Of a stretch of DNA of 64,000 bases, positions 37,815 to 48,870 are shown one piece after another. The first letter of the stretch is position 1; the number at the start of each line of letters is the position of its first letter. A program made the translations under genes and the position numbers. This stretch comes from Candidatus Cloacimonadales bacterium (GTDB taxonomy: Bacteria; Cloacimonadota; Cloacimonadia; Cloacimonadales; JAIOQZ01), in contig OY771587.1 in NCBI GenBank assembly GCA_963674825.1, positions 2,208,001 to 2,272,000 of the forward strand, written 5' to 3'. A model generated the notes under the pieces. The model ran no database searches and was not told the DNA's origin. It saw nothing but the letters and a program-made list of their open reading frames with translations.

Positions 37815-40800
37815 ATGAAAAAGTTATCTTTGCTTGTTGCTTTTACCTTGCTTTCGATTGGTTTGGTATACGGGCAATCGTTGGACATTAACTACATCAC
37901 ATTCCATGGATCAGATGGCGTGACAGATGATGTATTCTCGGCAGGTGAAACCGTCACTGTGCGAGCAAGGTATGACGCAGTTTCGCTGCAGTCGATAACT
38001 GGCGTTTTTCGTGCGAGTGACTACTCGGGCACATCGGAGATCTATGTATTGTGGTACACTGGCACTCCGGATAGTTCTCCCGATGGATCCAATATTGTGA
38101 GCATTTCGAACTTCAACTATAACGGTTTAAGTGAAGATGGGTATGCTGAGTTTGATATCACCTTGCCGACTCCTGCAGCAGGCGCAACAACTTTCCAGCT
38201 CGCGTTCGGTATTTATGGCGAAAGTTCAGACTGGCGAGCCACTGCCTACTCTGACCGTAATACAAGCTATGCTACCGTTGGCACGATGACGGTATGCCCC
38301 GGAGACGATAGTGACGGCAGTGGAACCATTTCTCCTGAATGGGAAGTTTACGGAAATCTGGATAGCACAACCGAAACACCGACATTGATCGATCCTGAAG
38401 ATGGTGCGTCAGACAACGCTTCGATGTACATTGCGTTCAACCTTCCCGAAGACGCAACGAATAGCACCGTGAAGTTATATGTCGATGACGACTCGAATCA
38501 CACAAACGGATATTATAACGTTCTGACACTGTTGAATGATTATACCACATCTGGTAATCACTCTATGTATATCAACGGTGGCGACTTGGACGACGATCCA
38601 CAAGCGGGTGATGCAACCGACGATGTGATGTCTGTTTCAACTCCTGGTAATAACTCGTTGACAAATGGCTCAACGTATTATTTGGCAATTGGCTATCAGG
38701 ATGAAACCGGTAACGCCGAAGCCAAGAGCGCTTGGGCAGAATTTACATATGATACCTCTGTCACGAACGTGTCCAGCGTCATCGCAACCGACCTGGATCT
38801 TGATGAAGTGCAATTGTCGTATTACTTGCCAGAATGCTCACAGGACTGGAAAGTGACTTTCTGCTTCGATACAGACACGAACTACAGCAACGGATATACT
38901 TCCGAAATTGTACTGGCAGACGAGACAAATGTCGGTTCACCAGGTACTCGCACGGTATTGTTCAACGGTAATGAACTCTCGACAACAGATTATTACATCA
39001 GCCATTCTGGCGCTGAAGCGGGATCTCTTACATCAGGTACTCAATACTATGTAGGCGTTCAATACACTGATTGCGCTGGAAATACATCCTCCATAACATA
39101 CTCCGGTGTATTCACATATGTGTACGATACACAGACCGAAGAAGCAACCAGTGTTTCGATTGATGAAGAAGCCAATGCGAGTGAGGGGCCAGTTCTCGAT
39201 GTTTCTTACACGCTACCGGAAGATGGTGGTGCGAATAGCGTCTATCTCCTGATCGACGATGATGAAATTCATGGTACTTCCGGCCAGGAAACAGCGACTG
39301 ACGTGTTGTATCTGATTCGTATTAGCGGAAACTACCTGACAGGATCTCACAATTTCAACCTGTCCATACCCTTCGTGACGCTGGATGGTGGTGGAGATGG
39401 TGATCAAGTTTTATCTATCACCACCAACGAATTAGCGCCGTATGGCCTTAACGATTCTCAAACCTACTATTCCGCGATACGCTACTACGATAGCACAGGC
39501 AATCCGGCCGTTACGACAACACCGTGGGTCTCTTTTACGTGGGATGATGTTTCAGAAGCGCCAACCTGGAGCGGATCACAGCCGACAGCAGATAATCGTG
39601 CATTTACTTTCGCATACACTCTTCCGGAAGATGGCGAAACAAATTCGGTCAGAATTCAGATAGACAATGATGCAACCCATACGACAATCTGGACAACGCT
39701 GAATATTCTTGCGAACGATGATCTGGGTGACAACAGCTTTGTTGTTGATGCAAATCAGCTCAACGATGCAACAGCTTATGATGACGGTACCGACGACGTG
39801 ACCAATACGCCTACTCAGAGTGCGCTTCCGCAAGGATCCAACTACTACTATCGTATAGGCTACCAGGATCAGTACGGCAATGCTTATGCTTACTCAGACT
39901 GGATGCAGATTCTTTATGATAGCATCACGCAGACTCCGACGCTCGATTACCCCGCTGCAAGCACAACGTTTACAACAAACTTCACGCTTCAGTACGATCT
40001 GCCGGAAAATGCTTACGAAGGTTCGCTCTATGTAATGTTCACACGTACCAGCGGTACAGCTGACTCTAATTCACCGCACAAGCTTGAAATCGTCAGTGAA
40101 ACAGCTGGAAACAATATCCAGATTACCGGCCTTGATCCCGATAATCTGACAAGCAGCGCTGCAATTGCCAATACTCCGATTAGCGGTACCGGTACTCTTG
40201 TTGATGGTGCAATTTACACGATCACAATCGGTTACCAGGACATTTATCAGAATACTGAAGCAACCGATTCTCATACTAGCTGTGAGTATTCCAGTGGAGC
40301 AGCGGTTCTTGAGGTTTCTAATGAAGTTCTTGATCTCCTGCCACTTGCTGGACCGAGTAACACGAATCAGCTGATCTTCGGCTTCAACCTGAACACAACA
40401 TCCGGTTCTGCAGATTTCTCAGCTGTTACATTCAGCCGTTCAGGAACAGCAGCTTCTGGTGAAATTACCGCTTCCAGCTTCAAGCTTTGGCTTGACGATG
40501 GCGACGATGTATTTGAGCCTGCTCAGGATGATGACATGAGCACCGGCACGGGATATAATGACTGGACAACCGGTACCTATTCAAGTATCGCAATGACTGG
40601 TACTGCAGTATCGATTGATGCGTCCGGCGAAACATTCTGGGTAACGATCGACGAAACTGCATCTGCTGTGAAAAATCACTCGATCAAGCTTGGGCTCAGC
40701 TCAGCAGCCAGTGTGATATCCGATGCTGATAACACGATCGGTACTTTCCCGATCAATGGTAAAGAGCACGAGATGGACGGATATGTGATCATCAGTGTTG

Positions 40801-41873
40801 ATACCAGCTTCAGTGGTGGTCAGCTCTATCATGGAAGCAATCGGGCTATTCATAAGTTCTCCATGAGAACGAACCAGGGTACAGCATACATCAGCCAGGC
40901 AATCATCGATTTCACGGGCTCTGGTGCAGCTGCTGGAAACTTCGAAGGTTCAACTCCGATGAAACTTTGGATGTCAACTGATGAAACCTTCAACAGCAGC
41001 TCTGACTCTGTGGTTGGCGGCCCTCTTGCTTATAACAGTGCTTTGACCTTCAACTGGAGCGCTCGCGCACTGCTTAGCGTCGATGCAACAGAAGAATGGT
41101 ATTTCGTTACGGGAGATATTGCTGAAACAGCCGAGGGCACAATCCAGGGCTCAATGGACCAGGATGCCGTGACATCCGACTACGGAATCGAAACTGACGC
41201 TGATGGCAACGAAACATGGACCGATGCTGGCGGTACTTCTACATTGCCGGTTGAGCTGTCCGTATTCTCAGTTACCAACTCAGGTCATACGAATATCCTC
41301 TCCTGGACTACTGAAACTGAAACTGATAACCTCGGTTTCAACGTTTACCGTGGTCTTTCTCTGGATGATATTTCTTCCGGTGATGCGATTCAGATCAACC
41401 ATAGCCTTATAACAGGCGCTGGTACCACATCTGAGCCTACTAACTACAGCTACACCGACGAGTACTCGGTTGAATACAATGTAACATATTGGTATTGGCT
41501 TGAGTCTGTCGAACTTGGTGGCATCACGGTTCTGTTCAGCCCCAGAAGTTATACTCCGGCTGAAGGAGGTGGCTCTGAGACTCCGGATATCGAATTCTAC
41601 GGTCTTGGAAACAACTACCCGAACCCGTTCAATCCGAGCACAACGATTACCTTCTGCCTGAAGAAGAGCGAATATGCTACACTCGACATTTACAATGTCC
41701 GTGGCCAGCTTGTGAAGAATCTCTTCAATGGCACAGTTAGCGCTGATGACGAGAAAACCGTTAATTGGGACGGTAGAGACGAATCCGGGAAAGAAACCGG
41801 TTCCGGTATCTACTACTATCGTCTGAAACATGGCTCGACAAGCGAAATGAAGAAGATGATCCTTCTCCGCTAA
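37815..41873 (+). CDS. Large secreted acidic repeat protein with C-terminal sorting domain
   Basis: Signal peptide; five ~130-aa repeats; LPVELS..F...W.TETE..N.GF; NYPNPFNP...KKMILLR. Confidence 0.85.
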   Translation: MKKLSLLVAFTLLSIGLVYGQSLDINYITFHGSDGVTDDVFSAGETVTVRARYDAVSLQSITGVFRASDYSGTSEIYVLWYTGTPDSSPDGSNIVSISNFNYNGLSEDGYAEFDITLPTPAAGATTFQLAFGIYGESSDWRATAYSDRNTSYATVGTMTVCPGDDSDGSGTISPEWEVYGNLDSTTETPTLIDPEDGASDNASMYIAFNLPEDATNSTVKLYVDDDSNHTNGYYNVLTLLNDYTTSGNHSMYINGGDLDDDPQAGDATDDVMSVSTPGNNSLTNGSTYYLAIGYQDETGNAEAKSAWAEFTYDTSVTNVSSVIATDLDLDEVQLSYYLPECSQDWKVTFCFDTDTNYSNGYTSEIVLADETNVGSPGTRTVLFNGNELSTTDYYISHSGAEAGSLTSGTQYYVGVQYTDCAGNTSSITYSGVFTYVYDTQTEEATSVSIDEEANASEGPVLDVSYTLPEDGGANSVYLLIDDDEIHGTSGQETATDVLYLIRISGNYLTGSHNFNLSIPFVTLDGGGDGDQVLSITTNELAPYGLNDSQTYYSAIRYYDSTGNPAVTTTPWVSFTWDDVSEAPTWSGSQPTADNRAFTFAYTLPEDGETNSVRIQIDNDATHTTIWTTLNILANDDLGDNSFVVDANQLNDATAYDDGTDDVTNTPTQSALPQGSNYYYRIGYQDQYGNAYAYSDWMQILYDSITQTPTLDYPAASTTFTTNFTLQYDLPENAYEGSLYVMFTRTSGTADSNSPHKLEIVSETAGNNIQITGLDPDNLTSSAAIANTPISGTGTLVDGAIYTITIGYQDIYQNTEATDSHTSCEYSSGAAVLEVSNEVLDLLPLAGPSNTNQLIFGFNLNTTSGSADFSAVTFSRSGTAASGEITASSFKLWLDDGDDVFEPAQDDDMSTGTGYNDWTTGTYSSIAMTGTAVSIDASGETFWVTIDETASAVKNHSIKLGLSSAASVISDADNTIGTFPINGKEHEMDGYVIISVDTSFSGGQLYHGSNRAIHKFSMRTNQGTAYISQAIIDFTGSGAAAGNFEGSTPMKLWMSTDETFNSSSDSVVGGPLAYNSALTFNWSARALLSVDATEEWYFVTGDIAETAEGTIQGSMDQDAVTSDYGIETDADGNETWTDAGGTSTLPVELSVFSVTNSGHTNILSWTTETETDNLGFNVYRGLSLDDISSGDAIQINHSLITGAGTTSEPTNYSYTDEYSVEYNVTYWYWLESVELGGITVLFSPRSYTPAEGGGSETPDIEFYGLGNNYPNPFNPSTTITFCLKKSEYATLDIYNVRGQLVKNLFNGTVSADDEKTVNWDGRDESGKETGSGIYYYRLKHGSTSEMKKMILLR

Positions 41874-41895
41874 GCGGAAAGGGTTAAGATAATGC

Positions 41896-41919
41896 GAAGA
41901 CCGGTTAATGCCGGTCTTC
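41896..41919 (+). terminator. Hairpin/terminator after secreted protein
   Basis: GAAGACCGGT-taat-GCCGGTCTTC. Confidence 0.6.
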
Positions 41920-42042
41920 GCGCGTTTTGAAACGATAAAACGCTGATAGATAGAAAATTGATTGACACCTGATTGCATCAAAAGATTATTGGCGCCTGTA
42001 TCGTAAAAAAGTAATATATGGTTGATAATAGAAGGAGTAACA

Positions 42043-42255
42043 ATGAAAAACGACATTCATCCGAAGTATGAAACCGTTACGGTGAAATGCGTATGCGGAA
42101 ACGTCTTCGAAACCAAGTCAACCCGTAAAGACCTTACGGTTGATATCTGTTCGGAGTGTCATCCGTTTTATACCGGCAAGCAGAAGCTGATGGATACCGC
42201 CGGTCGTGTTGAAAAATTCCAGAAAAAATACGCGAAGCATAACAGCAATAAATAG
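42043..42255 (+). CDS. rpmE: 50S ribosomal protein L31 (Zn-binding type)
   Basis: MKNDIHPKY...CVCGN...[24 protein letters not shown]. Confidence 0.97.
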   Translation: MKNDIHPKYETVTVKCVCGNVFETKSTRKDLTVDICSECHPFYTGKQKLMDTAGRVEKFQKKYAKHNSNK

Positions 42256-42348
42256 CTTCTATCACTTTGAGGCGCCACTACCTTATCTTTTTAGGGAGTG
42301 GCGCTTTTTGCGTAAAACGGATACTCACCCGGTAAAAAAGGGAAACTG

Positions 42349-43320
42349 ATGAAAGAGAAAAAGGAAATTGCAGTCGGTGGACAAGCTGTGATCGAAGGGG
42401 TCATGATGCGTGGTCCCGAGTACATCGCAACCGCAGTTCGTAGAGAAAGTGGAACGATCGAGCTAAGCCGCGATCGATTCGAATCCAGGACCAAGTCTCA
42501 TCCCATCCTCAAGCGACCGGTTATTCGTGGTTTCGTCTCGCTCATCGAGATGTTGATCATCGGATATAAGTCACTGACCTTCTCTGCGAATCGCTGGGAA
42601 CTGGATAACGTAGAGGAAAACGCCAAAGAGAAGTCCGAGAGCCGTAAAAAGGTGGAGGAGTTCTTCAGCTTTGCGTTCGCGATCGTGTTGGCGCTTGTGC
42701 TATTCGGATTCGTTCCGTACCTCATCAGCTACTTTCTGAAGCTAGGTAAGGAAAATCTATATTTCAACCTCGTTGCCGGAATTATCCGAGTGATCTTCTT
42801 TGTGGGATACGTATGGATTATCAGCTTCCTGAAGGATGTCGGCAGGCTGTTTGAATACCACGGCGCAGAGCATAAATCGGTGTTCGCCTACGAGAACAAC
42901 GACAGCCTCACCCCGAAGGATATACAGAAATACACCACGCTACACCCGCGTTGCGGAACCAGTTTCATCTTTTTCGTTCTGTTGATCTCGATCCTCGTGT
43001 TCACGCTGGTCGATTTTGCTGTTGCGAAAATTATTGGTTTCCTGCCGTCGTTTGCGATCCGATGGTTGTATCATATCCTGCTTATACCGTTTATCTCTGG
43101 AATATCCTATGAGGTGCTGAAGATGTCAGGCAAGAAGCAGAACAACTTCTTCGTGAAGATAATGATGGCACCAGGACTCGCTTTGCAACGTATAACGACA
43201 AGACAGCCAGACGATAGCCAGGTGGAAGTGGCCGTTTGCGCCATGAAAGCCGCGCTGGAAATGGATTTACCCGACAACCTAGAATATACATGGATTCATG
43301 ATGATAGAAAACATACCTGA
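42349..43320 (+). CDS. DUF1385 membrane protein
   Basis: [39 protein letters not shown]; usual position between rpmE and prfA. Confidence 0.9.
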   Translation: MKEKKEIAVGGQAVIEGVMMRGPEYIATAVRRESGTIELSRDRFESRTKSHPILKRPVIRGFVSLIEMLIIGYKSLTFSANRWELDNVEENAKEKSESRKKVEEFFSFAFAIVLALVLFGFVPYLISYFLKLGKENLYFNLVAGIIRVIFFVGYVWIISFLKDVGRLFEYHGAEHKSVFAYENNDSLTPKDIQKYTTLHPRCGTSFIFFVLLISILVFTLVDFAVAKIIGFLPSFAIRWLYHILLIPFISGISYEVLKMSGKKQNNFFVKIMMAPGLALQRITTRQPDDSQVEVAVCAMKAALEMDLPDNLEYTWIHDDRKHT

Positions 43321-44377
43321 AGAAAAGATTAATGAACTGATCAAAGAACACGAGACGCTCAAGATACGCATTATCGACCCCGCAGAAATGCAGGATCAAA
43401 GAGGCTACGGTAAGCTCAGCAGAAGGCTGAAAGAACTTGATAGGCTTGTAACGTGCTGGACTGAACTCAAAGAACTCAAGCAAACAATGGAAGACAACCG
43501 TGACCTCATGCATAACGCGGAAGAAGAAGAGTTACGCGAGATGGCTGCCGAGGAAAATGAAGAACTCGAGCAGGAATACGAGAAGAAGTTCGAAGATCTC
43601 AAGCAGATGATGACGCCCAAGGATCCTAACGATGACAAGGACGCGATTGTAGAAATCCGTGCCGGAACCGGCGGGGACGAAGCGGCGTTGTTTGCAGCGG
43701 ATCTATTCCGTATGTACCAGTATTTCGCGGAGCGCCGTGGCTGGAAGCTGCAAATCCTCTCATCCAACGCGATCGAACTCGGCGGGTTCAAGGAGATATC
43801 CTTCTCGCTTTCGGGTGAGAATGTTTATGGCATCATGCGTTTCGAGAGCGGAGTACATCGCGTGCAGCGAATTCCTCAGACCGAATCGAGTGGACGTATT
43901 CACACATCTGCCATATCGGTCGCAGTGCTTCCCGAGGCCGACGATGTCGATATCGAGATCAACGATAACGATCTTCGTATTGATGTATATCGCTCATCCG
44001 GTCATGGTGGACAGAGTGTTAACACTACCGACTCCGCTGTACGTATCACGCATATACCGACGGGTCTTGTGGTTACATGCCAGGACGAGAAATCGCAGCA
44101 CAAGAACAAAGCGAAAGCGCTCAAGGTCTTGCGTGCAAGGCTACTTGACCAGGAGATCGCGAAACACGAAGCCGAGATTGCACATCAGCGGAAATCACAG
44201 GTGGGAACCGGCGACCGCAGCGCGAAGATTCGTACGTACAACTTTCCGCAATCGCGCGTGACCGATCATAGAATAAATTTGACATCCTACAAGCTTAACG
44301 CTATTCTTGTTGGCGAGTTAGATGAATTCACCGATGCCCTGAGATTGGCATACAACAACGAGAAGATAAATAACTGA
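43298..44377 (+). CDS. prfA: Peptide chain release factor 1
   Basis: [21 protein letters not shown] (PxT), [13 protein letters not shown]. Confidence 0.97.
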   Translation: MMIENIPEEKINELIKEHETLKIRIIDPAEMQDQRGYGKLSRRLKELDRLVTCWTELKELKQTMEDNRDLMHNAEEEELREMAAEENEELEQEYEKKFEDLKQMMTPKDPNDDKDAIVEIRAGTGGDEAALFAADLFRMYQYFAERRGWKLQILSSNAIELGGFKEISFSLSGENVYGIMRFESGVHRVQRIPQTESSGRIHTSAISVAVLPEADDVDIEINDNDLRIDVYRSSGHGGQSVNTTDSAVRITHIPTGLVVTCQDEKSQHKNKAKALKVLRARLLDQEIAKHEAEIAHQRKSQVGTGDRSAKIRTYNFPQSRVTDHRINLTSYKLNAILVGELDEFTDALRLAYNNEKINN

Positions 44378-44378
44378 G

Positions 44379-45629
44379 ATGTTTCTACTATACCTGTTTC
44401 TGTTTCTGTTTTTCTTCGCGTCGGCGGCATTTTTTGCCGGACTGGAGACTGGTCTCGTATCGATTGACAGGCTAAAGCTCGAGACCGAAGCGAAGACGGA
44501 TAATCGCAAGAACTATCTGCAGAAATTCACGACCAATCCAGATTTGACCTTCGGATTGACGCTGATCGGTACCAATATATCCCAGGTTATTGTCTCTACC
44601 ATTTTCACTGCCTACTTCATTAAGAACTGGCTCCACATCGATGAGAAGCTTGGTTCACTCATTCTTGCCGGCGTGGTATTGATCTTCGCTGAGATCATTC
44701 CAAAGGCGATTTATAGGGATTATCCGGATAGACTGGTCATGAGTTCCTATCCGTTTATCAGGATCGCTCATTTCATTTTGAAGCCATCAATAAACGTGAT
44801 TTCCTGGTTCAATAATCAGCTTGCGCGGTTACTGAAGGTTGAGAATGGAATGCATGTTCTAAGCCGTGACGACCTCTCCTATATCTTCTCTGAGACAGCT
44901 TCTTCGAATGCAATACAGCAGGATCAGAAAGAGATGCTCGAAGACGCGCTGGAATTCAGCGAACTCGTAGCCCGCAATGTGATGATTCCCCGTATCGATA
45001 TCATTGCCATCGATGCGGATTCGCCACTGGATCACGTAATAGAGATTGCCCGGAAAGAGGGCTACACACGTTATCCGGTCTATGAGGACAGCCTCGACCA
45101 TGTGATTGGCATCTTGATTATTTACGATCTTATCGATCGCGATAAGAGCCAGAAGCAGACAGCTCGCGATTTTCTTAGAGACGCGTTCTTCGTGCCGGAG
45201 AACATGGATGTAGATGTCCTTCTCAAGGAGATGCAGACACTCCGAAAATCGATGGCGATCGTTGTCGATTCCTACGGAGGTACGGCCGGTCTTCTGACTA
45301 CCGAGGATATTCTGGAAGAGATCGTCGGTGAGATCGAGGACGAGTACGATAACGAAGAAGACAAAGATGTCGAAAAGATTGATGATCATACATATATTGT
45401 TAAGGGTTACGTCGAAGTCGATGACCTGATCGATGTCTACGGGATCGATCTTCCTGACGAAGGGGATTACGAGACCCTGGCGGGACTGATCATCGATAAA
45501 ATTGCTCGCATCCCGGCAAGAAACCAATTGATCCGGATTGGTGCCTGGAACGCGCAGATCATGCAGGTCTCCAGTCGAAAAATCATCAAGGTCAAGCTTA
45601 CTCGCAAACAACAGAAAGAACAATCATGA
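44379..45629 (+). CDS. Hemolysin/CorC-HlyC family protein (CNNM + CBS pair + CorC domain)
   Basis: FFAGLETG, EIIPK, VMIPRIDI, YTRYPVY, VDSYGGTAGLLTTEDILEEIVGEI, YETLAG. Confidence 0.92.
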   Translation: MFLLYLFLFLFFFASAAFFAGLETGLVSIDRLKLETEAKTDNRKNYLQKFTTNPDLTFGLTLIGTNISQVIVSTIFTAYFIKNWLHIDEKLGSLILAGVVLIFAEIIPKAIYRDYPDRLVMSSYPFIRIAHFILKPSINVISWFNNQLARLLKVENGMHVLSRDDLSYIFSETASSNAIQQDQKEMLEDALEFSELVARNVMIPRIDIIAIDADSPLDHVIEIARKEGYTRYPVYEDSLDHVIGILIIYDLIDRDKSQKQTARDFLRDAFFVPENMDVDVLLKEMQTLRKSMAIVVDSYGGTAGLLTTEDILEEIVGEIEDEYDNEEDKDVEKIDDHTYIVKGYVEVDDLIDVYGIDLPDEGDYETLAGLIIDKIARIPARNQLIRIGAWNAQIMQVSSRKIIKVKLTRKQQKEQS

Positions 45630-46831
45630 TACGAATAAAGACCAACCTGCTGAATCCGGTTTCGCCGGGCTCGGCACAGTTGCAGCGTAACTGCGTTCTG
45701 ACCATTCATGACGGACGAATCCACAGTATTACGGAATCAGGCGAATTCGATCTCGATTACAGTGATTGCGTCTGCACACCCGGATTTATCGACGCGCATG
45801 TGCATCTATCGCAGTACCATGTGCGTGGCATGCACGCTCCGCACCTGATCAAGTGGCTGGAAACCTATATCTTCCCGGAAGAGGCGAAGTCCTTTGACCC
45901 CGTCTATGCCAGAAAGACAGCAGAAGATTTCTTCGACGCGCTGATTAAGGCCGGCACTACTACAGCGGTGATCTACGTCTCTGCATCGAAAGTGGCGACC
46001 GATATAGCGTTTCAGGTAGCGCAGGAAAAAGGCGTTCGGGCGATTATAGGCAAGGTGATGATGGATGTGAATTCACCGGAGGCCTTGCAGGAGGATCCGA
46101 TCCAGTCCATGAAGGACAGCCTGGAACTTTACGAAAAGTGGCATGGCAAGACGGCCCTTCTGGATTACGTTTTTTCTCCTCGATTCGCGCCTGTTTGCAG
46201 CAGTGGATTGATGCGCGAGATCGGCCAGGAAGCTTCCAGGCGGAACGCATATATTCAGACGCACCTCTCCGAGAACCATGACGAGATTAAATGGGTGCGG
46301 GAGCTTTTCCCACAATGCAAATCCTACACGCACGTGTACGACAGAGCAGGGCTTCTGACGGATCGTACGTTGCTGGGCCATTGCCTGCATCTGTCCGAGC
46401 AGGAGATCGAGTTAATCAAGGAACGAGATTCGAAGATTATCCATTGTCCCGATTCGAACTTCTTCCTTAAAAGCGGCGCTTTCCCGTGGAAACAAATAGA
46501 GGCTGCTGGTGTCGATTTTGCGCTTGCAAGCGATGTTGGTGCTGGAACAACACTCTTGATGCCAGAGATCATGAAAATGGCCGTCTATCGTCAGGATTTC
46601 TCGCTTACGCCGGAAGAAGTTTTCTACCGTGCGACAGTATCAGGAGCGAAGGTGCTTTCACGAGAGGGAGATCTTGGTCTCTTGAAAGAGGGTATGCTGG
46701 CGGATATGGTATTTCTGCGGATGCATGATTTGGACGGGAAAACTGAGAATGAACTACTTTCTCAGATGATCTACTTGACGGATTTACGGCAAATCGTAGC
46801 TGTTTACGTCAATGGGGTGCAAATAAACTAA
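45626..46831 (+). CDS. guaD: Guanine deaminase (amidohydrolase)
   Basis: PGFIDAHVHLSQY, WLETYIFPEE, PRFAP, QTHLSEN, HCPDSN..LKSG, SDVGAG. Confidence 0.82.
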   Translation: MIRIKTNLLNPVSPGSAQLQRNCVLTIHDGRIHSITESGEFDLDYSDCVCTPGFIDAHVHLSQYHVRGMHAPHLIKWLETYIFPEEAKSFDPVYARKTAEDFFDALIKAGTTTAVIYVSASKVATDIAFQVAQEKGVRAIIGKVMMDVNSPEALQEDPIQSMKDSLELYEKWHGKTALLDYVFSPRFAPVCSSGLMREIGQEASRRNAYIQTHLSENHDEIKWVRELFPQCKSYTHVYDRAGLLTDRTLLGHCLHLSEQEIELIKERDSKIIHCPDSNFFLKSGAFPWKQIEAAGVDFALASDVGAGTTLLMPEIMKMAVYRQDFSLTPEEVFYRATVSGAKVLSREGDLGLLKEGMLADMVFLRMHDLDGKTENELLSQMIYLTDLRQIVAVYVNGVQIN

Positions 46832-46861
46832 ATATAGAACGTTAAATGACTTGGAGGTTGA

Positions 46862-48526
46862 ATGAAACTTGTCGAATGTGTACCGAACTTCAGTGAAGGC
46901 AGGAACAAGGGTATTCTCGATGAAATCTCGAACGCGATCCGTTCAGTTGCGAAAGTGACGCTTCTGGATGTCGATCCGGGCCAGGATACGAACCGCACCG
47001 TCTATACGATGGTTGGCGAGCCGGACGCGGTTGTGGAAGCTGCGTTTCAAGCGATTAAAAAGGCTTCCGAGCTGATCGATATGTCTAAACACTCCGGCGC
47101 ACATGCGCGTCAGGGCGCTTGCGATGTCTGTCCTTTCGTTCCGGTATCCGATATGACCATGGACGAATGTGTCGAGCTGGCAAAAAAGCTTGGCAAGCGC
47201 GTCGGTGACGAGCTGGGTATCCCTGTTTACCTCTATGAATATGCCGCGAGCAAGCCGGAATGGAAAAACCTGGCAGTGGTTCGCAAGGGTGAATACGAAG
47301 CGCTTCCCGAGAAAATGAAAGACGACTACTGGAAGCCCGATTTCGGTCCGCAGACGTTCAATAAAAAATCCGGTGCAACCGCGATTGGTGCGCGTGAATT
47401 CCTGATCGCCTATAATATCAACCTGAATACTCGCGACAAGAAGAAGGCGCATGACCTGGCGCTCAGCATTCGAGAAAAAGGCAGAGTAAAGCGTGACGCC
47501 AAGGGTAAGATCGTAAAGGACGAGAACGGCGAGAAAGTGTACGAACCTGGTTTCTTTACGGAATGCAAGGCTGTTGGCTGGTACATCGACGAATACAACC
47601 GTGCGCAGATCAGCATAAACCTGACCAATTATAAGATCACTCCGCCGCATTTGGTGCTGGATAAGGTACGTGAACTGGCATGGGAGAAGAATATTCAGAT
47701 CACTGGTAGTGAGCTTGTGGGTCTGATTCCCAAGGACGCCATGATTATGGCTGGTAAATATTACCTCAACAAGCTGGACGAGAGCCCGGGAATCCCTGAT
47801 CGGATGATTATCGAAACCGCGATTCAATCGTTGGGACTCGAGGATCTTGGCCCGATCGATGTCGATAGCAAGATTATCGAGTATGCGATCGAGAATAAGG
47901 ACAACCTGGTGAACATGAAGATCAATGACTTCATGGATGAGCTTTCCAGCGATTCACCGGCCCCCGGTGGAGGAAGCGTTGCCGGTGTATGTGCCGCACT
48001 TTCCGGTTCTCTCTCCGCGATGGTGGGTAACCTCACTGTCAACAAGAAGGGTTACGAGAAGGTGCAAGCCGATGTGAAGGAAGTGGCAGAGATTGGTCAG
48101 CAGATCAAGCTCGATTCGCTCTATCTTATTGACAAGGATACCGATGCGTTCAATATCATGATGGATGCTAACCGTCTTCCCAAGAAGACCGACGAAGAAA
48201 GCGCCATTCGCGATCAGGCGATCGAAGCTGCGACGCAGAACGCGATCCAGATTCCACTCGAGACCATGAAGATCTCGCTCGATGCGGTCAAGCTGGCACA
48301 ACGTGTATCCGGCGTTGGTAACTCGAACGCGCTTTCAGATGCGGGTGTTGCGGCGATTACCGCTAACGCCGCCTGCAAGGCTGCCTATCTCAATGTCATG
48401 ATCAACATGGCCGGCATCACCGATGAGGCGTTCAAGACCAGAACCGTCGAAGAGGCGAAACAGATCTTGAACGAAGTGAATCAAATCGCGCTGGCAGTTG
48501 AAGAAGATGTGAAATCCAGAGTGTAA
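46862..48526 (+). CDS. ftcD: Bifunctional glutamate formiminotransferase / formiminotetrahydrofolate cyclodeaminase
   Basis: ECVPNFSEGR, IDMSKHSGAH, GAREFLIAYNINL, SELVGLIP, SPAPGGGSVA. Confidence 0.95.
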   Translation: MKLVECVPNFSEGRNKGILDEISNAIRSVAKVTLLDVDPGQDTNRTVYTMVGEPDAVVEAAFQAIKKASELIDMSKHSGAHARQGACDVCPFVPVSDMTMDECVELAKKLGKRVGDELGIPVYLYEYAASKPEWKNLAVVRKGEYEALPEKMKDDYWKPDFGPQTFNKKSGATAIGAREFLIAYNINLNTRDKKKAHDLALSIREKGRVKRDAKGKIVKDENGEKVYEPGFFTECKAVGWYIDEYNRAQISINLTNYKITPPHLVLDKVRELAWEKNIQITGSELVGLIPKDAMIMAGKYYLNKLDESPGIPDRMIIETAIQSLGLEDLGPIDVDSKIIEYAIENKDNLVNMKINDFMDELSSDSPAPGGGSVAGVCAALSGSLSAMVGNLTVNKKGYEKVQADVKEVAEIGQQIKLDSLYLIDKDTDAFNIMMDANRLPKKTDEESAIRDQAIEAATQNAIQIPLETMKISLDAVKLAQRVSGVGNSNALSDAGVAAITANAACKAAYLNVMINMAGITDEAFKTRTVEEAKQILNEVNQIALAVEEDVKSRV

Positions 48527-48547
48527 CAGCTCAGTTTACCATATTAC

Positions 48548-48582
48548 AACCGCGGATGAGGAGACTTGTCCGCGGTTTTTTT
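48548..48582 (+). terminator. Intrinsic terminator after ftcD
   Basis: AACCGCGGA...TCCGCGGTT plus T run. Confidence 0.82.
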
Positions 48583-48596
48583 GTCTTCAGTTGAGA

Positions 48597-48682
48597 CCCT
48601 CACCCCAGCCCTCTCCCATTTCATGGGCGAGGGGGTAGGGAAACCCCATCCCGGTCTTCCCCTTTGGAAAAAGGGCAAGGGG
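48597..48682 (+). repeat. Two tandem C-rich/G-rich palindromic repeat units (CCCTCACCCCAGCCCTCTCCC...GGGCGAGGG type)
   Basis: Units at 48597-48635 and 48644-48682. Confidence 0.6.
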
Positions 48683-48870
48683 TAGAGAGTGCTGTTTACA
48701 GATGGTGGTCACGCCGGCATATATTTCCCAATTTATGATCTATCATAGCGGAAATTGTCTAACACCACGTCTTCGAAGTGGATGAACACGGCTGCTCGGG
48801 CTTGAACGAATCTGCTGCGTGGAAAAGCACTAGAGCGAAAGAATGGAGTATGGGTGCGTAACGTTTGTGA

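Noticed and set aside
42349..44377. Absence of prmC from the rpmE-DUF1385-prfA cluster
   Set aside because: Gene order varies among bacteria and prmC may lie elsewhere; cannot be judged from this window.
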